Shown here: positions 56,482-64,000 of the stretch, one piece after another
Layout: the number at the start of each line of letters is the position of its first letter
Numbering within the stretch: the first letter of the stretch is position 1
DNA from: Amoeboaphelidium protococcarum X5
Taxonomy: Eukaryota; Fungi; Aphelidiomycota
Reading direction: 5' to 3'
Assembly: GCA_023515725.1 (NCBI GenBank)
Contig: JALDTO010000025.1
Span: 16,539-80,538, forward strand
Length of the DNA stretch: 64,000 nucleotides
Program-made: the position numbers and the translations under genes
Notes under the pieces: model-generated
Told to the model about the DNA's origin: nothing
Database searches by the model: none
The model's input: the letters and a program-made list of their open reading frames with translations, nothing else

Positions 56482-57018
56482 TCATATGGATGTGAGAGTC
56501 ATCTGCTTCACAATGTCCGTATTCTCTAGCATTCCCTGGAACTCTTCGAAAGACACCTTGCCATCACCGTCTTTGTCTGCCTGAATGATAGTCTTATCTA
56601 CAATCTGCTACAACTGAATATCTTTCAAATTATTACCCACCATCATCTTCAAGACTAGGAATAGTTCACCATTTGAGATGAATCCATCACGATCAATATC
56701 ATACACTTTGAACGCAAAACGAAGCTTCTCCTCTTTCAGCTCTTTGGCAGTGAATGCACTCAATCCCTTCAAGAACTCTTTAAAATCCACATCACCACCT
56801 CCATCTTCATCAAATATATCAATGACTCTTTGCGCAATAGGATTTGAGTTTATGCCCGGAATAGATAGAAATTCATCCTTGTCTATGGTACCACTATTGT
56901 TCTTGTCCAACTTCATAAATCTCTTGTGCAGTCTCATAATCTCATCCATAGTGAAATTGCCATTTGCTGTAATCTGCTCATACGCTTTTCTATCATCGGC
57001 GCTCAACTCAGCCTCCAT
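56482..57018 (-). CDS. CNB1: Calcineurin regulatory subunit B
   Basis: [61 protein letters not shown](TAG=Q)QIVDKTI. Confidence 0.96.
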
Positions 57019-57488
57019 CTCTTTGTTTTATTTCTGACTGAACTAATATACTGTGTTTAGAGACGGAACCGATGAAGAATTAAAAGGTATAGTGTGAGAG
57101 CGAACATCTGAAGAATGACCGATCTGATTGATTCAAACAAACAATGATGAGCGCAAGTTCGGTTACTGAAATGTCTTCTCGCTAGAAATCCTCTCCATCG
57201 TTGTGGAACAGTCTCGACGCTTAATTCTCTCTTCTTTTTCTTCTCCAAAGAATTTTTCAACCAGATGAAAACGCGATCATCAGTGCAATAAATTGCCTGC
57301 AATCGCTCATTTAATGGGTAAAAATGATTAGACATAACTCAGCTCACATCGAGTGCGCGTCATTTTAGGCGTCGCATCATGAGAAGATGTTTTACTATGA
57401 TTTATCCATACTATTTCTTAAAAAAATTTCAACCAAAAGTGCTTCTTTTAATTCAACAAAATCTCTTTTGTATACTTTTTCAAATGGA

Positions 57489-58410
57489 TCACGAGAACTT
57501 GGCCACCAATATCAAAATGATGATGAAGATGAGCGCGGCGATAATGCCAAAAGTCATAACTCGATTAGCAGCAGCTCTACGCACACAAACAATTCGAATG
57601 GAGTATTAATTAATTAATGCTAATGTGTATATCAAAACCAAAAGTACCTCCTGCCCATGCTCTTTAAAATTCGGACGTTTCTATCGATGAAGCCATTAGC
57701 TTCATCCAAATTCTAATTGGCACGCTCCAATTACTATCTTTGATTTCTCAACGTCTCCAAAGTCCCAATTCCTATCTGCTCAGTCTCCAAAGCAATTCTA
57801 TGAGAATCCTCCAACCTCTTACTAGTTTTGTCCAATCGATTAGTGTTAGACAATAGAGTGGCACGTTGATCCATGGACGCGATATCTGGATCACGGAAGC
57901 CATCATCGTCATCACTTCTGCCTAATAGCTCTGCCCTTTCAGAGTTTTTATTATTAATTCTCTTCTACAAATCTAAATTATCTTGTTCAATAAGTGGCAA
58001 ATTATACTTACAAATTCAGCTTTGAGCTTGTCATAGTCTGTTCTGTATCCTTTCATCTTTGGCTGCAGCTTTGATTTACTTACAGTTGGTAAACTCATTA
58101 GCTCCATCTCCATACTTTGCAGCTACAAGTCCTCACAAATAAATGCTATTCTCCTAATATAAAAACTAAAATGTAGATAATTCTTACAATTTCGTCTGCT
58201 TCATCCAATTCCCTTTCTATAGCTCTAACCAGAGTGCGCCTCGCTTCTACACATCACACATCGAACAGGATCAGCCATCACTCATCATACTATCAAAATA
58301 AAATTACCACCACTAAGTACAGGGAGCTGTGTATTCAATTTCTTGCTAATCGACTAAGATATAGCATTGTAATCGGTTTCGTAATTATCAAATATTCCCA
58401 TAGTCGCCAT
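57489..58410 (-). CDS. VTI1: Qb-SNARE Vti1 (225 aa)
   Basis: ERELDEADEI, DQRATLL...RLEDSHRIALETEQIG, C-terminal TM; introns 58247-58307, 58123-58187, 57965-58011, 57577-57647. Confidence 0.9.
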
Positions 58411-58657
58411 TGTATAAAGGCGCTCTCTTTAAAGTCAATGGACAAGAGGAAACAATAGCGAAGAAGAGAGAAAGCCAATCGTTATTCTTTCGTGCCGCAT
58501 CGGCAGTCGTTTCAATTCAAGTCCATAACGCCATTTGATTGCCAGGTCCAAAGTTAGCGGTTGCCAAGGTGATAAAGGCTCTACCTTATTAATCCATCTG
58601 CATACCGCCTATCTTCTTTCATCATTTATCACAATCTCTGCAGCATATTCGATAATA

Positions 58658-59452
58658 ATGTTCATCAATAAAATCTTACTATGCTTCCTAGTTGCATTGT
58701 CAAGCACAGTGCTCGGTCAAGGGAAGTAGTTCCCAATGAAACGAGATGGTCAGAATGAAGTTCCACCAGAGCTTATGGAGAACTTTAAAAATTCTAAACA
58801 AGCTGGCCCTGGTCCCGGAAAGAAAGGCTTTGCCACAAACTTTGGAGGACCATGCTTCTTTACATGTCCTGGTGGACATCGTCCTTTCGCAAGACCCGGT
58901 CACACTCCTGTAGTTGATGGATGTGGTAAGTATTTTGATTTGATAGACGAATCTAAATCTAAACTTATATCGACATTAATTTTTGTAGGATTCCCAATCA
59001 ATATCGATGGTTTGGATGTCAAGAGTAGCAAATTTGATTTTAGAGGGTGCTGTAACGAGTAGGATAGATGCTATGGTAAATGTAATGAGAAGAAGGAGAA
59101 ATGTGATGAGGAGTTCCATGGCTGCCTCAAGATGTGGTGTGATTACACGTATGGCAACAGTAGAAACAAGTAAAAGTAAGAGCTGTTGGCTGAGTGTAAC
59201 AAGAAGGCAGAGTTGTACAATACCATGACTAAGCTTATGCAGTGTGAGACGTATCAAAACGCGTAGAGTGCTGCCTGTGACTGTCCTTCAGTGAAGAAGG
59301 AGGAGAAGGTATAAAACTCTAAAGTGGTTGAAGAGCTCAACATGGACCAAGTCGATGATGATGATGTTGATTATGATGAAGAAGATTACGACACCGAAGA
59401 TGATGAGGACGAAGATGACGAAGAATATGATGACAACAATTATGAGTTTTGA
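58658..59452 (+). CDS. Secreted group XII phospholipase A2-like protein, catalytic His replaced (243 aa)
   Basis: Signal peptide; CFFTCPGG...VDGCG; CCNE(TAG)DRCY; CDEEFHGCL; YQNAQSAACDC; acidic tail; intron 58926-58988. Confidence 0.75.
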
Positions 59453-59481
59453 TGATCGGATAGATGATATACCACTGTTAG

Positions 59482-60317
59482 TCAGAGATTGCTACTTTTC
59501 TTTTGAAATAGCACTGTAGACACCACCTGGCCCTCCACTCCACCAAACTTGAATGTTGGATGCCTTATTTGACCCGTAACTTTCAGATGTTGACTAAATT
59601 TTCGTTCCAATTCTTCTCTTGTCCAATTGCAACTGGTAATTATGAACAGTCCAGATTCCGTGAGCATATTGGATACATTTGAGGCATACTAATTCACGAT
59701 TTCTTTAGCGTCAATCTAATCTTTGCCCGGCATTAGACTGATGGCATCAAACGTCCCCTTGTCTAACACCACATCGTATTTTGCAAGATCAGTGCAAAGA
59801 TCCGGAGATAGGATATCACATACTCCATAATCAATATTGGACGCGTTCTAAGATTGTGCAATTTATCGAGCAAGTGAAATGCCATTCTCAGAGTAATCCA
59901 CGCCAGTGATGTTATGATATCCAATCTGGTTCTACACGCGTCCAGTAAAGGATATAATCAAAAGTTAACAAAACGATAACATACCAATCGCAGCAATAAA
60001 TGACCATTTCCACAGCCCAATTCTATAATATTCACTTCAGTGTCTTTGATATTCTCCTCTATCCAATCTACAACACGATCCTCAACATCCTCACCGAACC
60101 TACAATAAAATTTGAAGATCAAAACATTCTAGCTCATTCATGTGTGGCGTACCATATCTCTCCGACATCAGCGATTTCTTCAAAATTAGATAGCTCTCGG
60201 TTGTATACTTGATCCCAACTACAAGTAACATAGTAATAATATTAATATTTTGCGCGATATAGCATGAACTTACTAATCTTTGGTGCCTAATTCCGACGCG
60301 TTTAACTGATCTTACAT
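59482..60317 (-). CDS. EFM4: eEF1A lysine methyltransferase Efm4/METTL10
   Basis: SELGTKDYWDQVY...GEIWFGED, LGCGNG, VVLDKGTFDAISL, ITSCNWT, PTFKFGG; introns 60219-60273, 60100-60152, 59932-59984. The second codon is TAA. Confidence 0.92.
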
Positions 60318-60440
60318 ACTTCCTAATAGAAAACTGCTTTTCTATGATGATGATATGATACGCGAAAATAAAGAATTAAGTGTACTTCAGAATAAATTTT
60401 ATTAGCTCCTAGTTAAAAATATATATTTTACTCGGTAATG

Positions 60441-61946
60441 TCATGCTATAAGCGGTAGTCCAGATTCATCATCAAAACGGTCCTCAAGATCCTCGGCATC
60501 TACTTCTGATGAACTTTCATTTCCATCTACATTGTGAGCCAAATAGTCTTGAGGCATCAATTTATTACGCCCAGATTTGGCAAACTCGTACTTGAGTAGA
60601 CTTAATCGAAAAGTATTGCCTTCGTCGTCAATCCACTCGGAAATGATCTTCATGCATTCAGCTAGCGGGTGATAATGTTGACTGTCATGTTCAGAGAAAT
60701 GTACATGCAGAGGGTGTGCCATGAAATTATAAGTGAGCGACACCACCTGATCAAATGCCACCTTTTTGTCATTTAACTGCTTATCAAGATCAAAGAATGG
60801 CGCCATTGAATGAGCAAACTGACGCGTAACATCTATAGCACATCTCGCAGCCAAAAGATGCAACGGATTATTATTATGATCTTTATTGAGCTCTGTATGT
60901 GTTGGGTATAAAGACATGGGATCCATAAAGATATTGCTCTTCTCAGTCTGATGTTCAATTGAATTCTTTGAGAATTACAAGTAAACTTTCCGTTTAAAAG
61001 CCTACCACCACGAATGCTACTTTCTAAATCCTTTAGAGACACCTCCAGCCAATAGACTGTTGATATTAAAAAGAGTATCAGCTTTTCCATAATTGTGCAA
61101 ACCAGTTACGAGAGGGTAGCACAGATATTGATGCAAATTACCACCACAACGTTCCAACGTATCTTCTCCAACAAAGACAAAGAAGGATTAGAAATACTAC
61201 TTCATAATCTTTTAGTCTTGCAATCCTTATACGCCATGCTCGCTCATAATCATCTGCATATGGATAGCCAATTCCACAAAATTCGAATGTGCAAAGAAAT
61301 CCTGCACCGTATGTAGAGCATTGCCAAAAAGCATGTAAGCTTGTACCAGCAAATCACGCTTTAGATCTGAACTTCCCGTCTTCCTAGCATCTTATAGAAT
61401 CAAAGTTGCATTATATAAATTAGACAGAATGACATCTGCTCCAGTTCTCCATAAATGATTGCTAGTTGCCAAATAGTTAATCGTATTCGTCTCTGGATTG
61501 ATTTACGCGTACTGGACACACTTCATCTTGTCAAATCGCGGCTTTCCACTCTTGTCGAGGTACACAGGATTATCAACGTGTTCCATGAATCTATAAGTGC
61601 CAAATTACTCGAATGTTATGGGGGTGACATGTTCTCGCTCTAGTTATAACTGCGTGTTGACAAAATGGTTTACAATGCGCATCAACAGCTTCTTAAAATG
61701 CTTCTGCATAAATTTAGGTGGAATTTGCGATAGATCTCGGAAATAGTTTCCTCTATATATAAGCTTCTACACAGTCTAATCTTGAAATACGGCTACCTAA
61801 GAGCTCCCAAATCCTTCTGAATCAATGGAATAGTGTGTCTATAAAGGTAGAGGATTGTTCTTATTCACAGTTCCATTGCCAGATAGAAACGCGTCAATAT
61901 GCTGAAGCAAAAGTACACTGCACGCGATGACTTAAAGCACAATCAT
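60441..61946 (-). CDS. Secreted Het-C domain protein (501 aa)
   Basis: Signal peptide; IYRGNYFRDLSQ, FGTYRFMEHVDNP, GNALHTVQDFFAHSNFVELA, YPLVTG, PTHTELNKDH occur in the order found in Het-C. Confidence 0.85.
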
Positions 61947-62205
61947 CACTTATGTAATATATAAAGCTATATAGTGCAGGAGTTAGATTTATATTTTGTC
62001 CACTATTACAATGATTAAAATGGTATGGAGAGGTAAATGCGCGATGAGAGGACCCCTTGGATGTGATTGTAGTGCTAAAAAAATGCGCCCCTGGCAACAT
62101 GTGGATATGTCTCGCGAGGACAGAAATTGCTAAATATAAAGGTTGCTTTACAAATGAAAGCAAAATGATCAAGCCAAATTTTGAAAACTATATATTTAAG
62201 GTACT

Positions 62206-63054
62206 TCATTCTTGCACATTGGTAATTTAAGGTGTGGCACGGACACTGTTCTTCCTGACTGATTAGTTATCCTAGACTGGGACAGCCGCAGTTTCAGCCA
62301 CTTGACGATTGGCAGGCGCGGCCATCAACGAGTATCTACGGACTTTAACGCCACTCTTTACCGCACGCCAGAATATTTCAACCTGCACTCGCTCATAGTT
62401 GAGCCAGATGAGACTGCCATGCCAAATCAGCATAGAAAAGTTGTATGCATATGCAAAGCATCCAGAGAATCTGGCAAAAGACAGCAGCTCTGAACTGGTA
62501 ATCTTTACAACTTCGATTCCATTCTTGTCGAACGCACTGATACACTCTCTTTTCCAAGTCTCAAATTGACGGAGAAATGGTTTCAAGCAGAAGAAGTTAT
62601 ACACTAGATTCGGCATAACCAACATGGATATGATCACAACACTTGCAAAAGCAATCTGATATATGGCAGAAGACTAAAATAAAGTTTCGCTTGGATTCTA
62701 ATTATTGGAGGAGTTAGCATTCAGTCCAGGATAGAGGCCAACAAACAGCATTATACCGTAGCACAGTATCATGCTAAGCCACAGCCTTGTCATGTTTCTT
62801 GAAACGACGCGCTAATGGTTCACTATGATATTGTGAAGCTTCGCAGTCAACAATTGCCAAATCTTGTCATCCAGCAATTTGCATTTATCTTTAATTGACT
62901 TTGGAAGAAACTAGTCAGTCACCTGTTTATCTTGATTCACTGTAACAATTTTGATAGAATTAGGATACACTGAGCGCATAGTGTTCAGATAGATCTTGCG
63001 ATTGATCTCTCGCTGTGTAAGATTTCTTCCTGCCACTTGAATCGAGACTGACAT
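62206..63054 (-). CDS. Hypothetical membrane protein (282 aa)
   Basis: Open frame with TAR=Gln; two to three hydrophobic segments. Confidence 0.55.
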
Positions 63055-63371
63055 ATTACACTTACAGTATGTTGTTTTATCAGAAAAATTATATATATTT
63101 TCACTGGTCGTGTTATCTGCAAAGAAAGGCCATATTATTAGATTAACGTTCTACGTTAGAAACAGTTGTATTTTTAGACTCGCACTTGATCACAGCCACA
63201 GCGAAAAGATTTTGAGGGACAGCGTGAAACCAAACTCCGATAAACTAGATATAGGTGAAGACAAAACGGATAAGTTGGAAATAGTTGTACCAGAAAAATA
63301 TCTTTATTAATATTAGCATTCATACTTTGTCATTAGCAGCAAAACTTCAATAATAGATCGTTTATAGATAA

Positions 63372-63884
63372 TCATTCTTCTTGCATCTCTCCGGCCAAGT
63401 AACGCTAGAATGCCCCTTCAAGACTTGTGTCATCGTCAAACTCTCCGTCATCACTGGATTCATCAGAAAACGGACCTGGCTAGACTTCACTTGCACGTCT
63501 GATAGCAGGAACATCATCATAAATTTGCGTTTCGGGCACGGTTATACGCAAACCTTAGCGTCGGACAACATCAGGAACGCGTTACAATTGCTGCTGAGGG
63601 CTTTCTCTCAACTAATATGGTTAACGCAAATTGCTCCATGGGAATAATCCAGGATTAGTGTTGGAATTCTCCAGTGCCCCAGTAAGCGATCTGTACGCTC
63701 CTACATTATGGCGAGGGAGAACATTACGCTAAGCTGTCGACTAATTTTGTTCTCGATTCAGCGGAGCAGGAGGACAATTTCTGCTAGGGGACGTGTAAGG
63801 AGGAGTACAAGGACTTTCGGACTTGGGCAGACAATAGGCAACGGACGCGAAAACCAGCGCGAATACGTAGACAGCTTTCATCAT
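63372..63884 (-). CDS. Small secreted orphan protein (170 aa)
   Basis: Signal peptide MMKAVYVFALVFASVAYC, then a Pro/Arg-rich disordered region and acidic end; TGA at 63372. Confidence 0.65.
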
Positions 63885-64000
63885 GTAATCTTGTATGCTC
63901 TATTGACTAGTCGATAAGAGTATAGTAGGCGATTAAACTTGTTATGAAAATAAAAAATAAGATTCCAATTTCGGAGTTTTAACTAGCCTTAAATTTCAAT

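Overview
Gene-dense eukaryotic (holomycotan, fungus-like) nuclear DNA with about 35 protein-coding genes. It uses a non-standard genetic code: TAA and TAG read as Gln and TGA is the only stop. This is why the supplied ORF track breaks every gene into pieces. The code, the fungal-type gene content and the short introns point to an aphelid such as Amoeboaphelidium protococcarum (inference). Re-reading with TAR=Gln gives ALG11 (partial), Dicer, Timeless/Tof1, Sec62, Per1/PGAP3, ATR/Mec1, Cds1, a GPS2-like Q-rich protein, tropomyosin, NDUFB2, Hop1, Bin3/MePCE, a P5B-ATPase, PRMT1, Rpr2, Hsp110, Rad17, EF-hand Gut2/GPD2, calcineurin B, Vti1, a group XII PLA2-like protein, Efm4, a Het-C protein and several orphans. 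Notable points: all introns I could model end in GTAG (nearly all TGTAG); several stops are followed by TGA-N-TGA-N-TGA, giving stops in all three frames; ATR has one in-frame TGA; there is a GC-rich gene resembling a phage T7 gp2.5-type SSB; and a PRAS40-like gene has its start codon enclosed by complementary (TTA)14/(TAA)16 tracts. All calls come from manual translation and motif recognition; no searches were run. No tRNA, rRNA, CRISPR or transposase was recognised.
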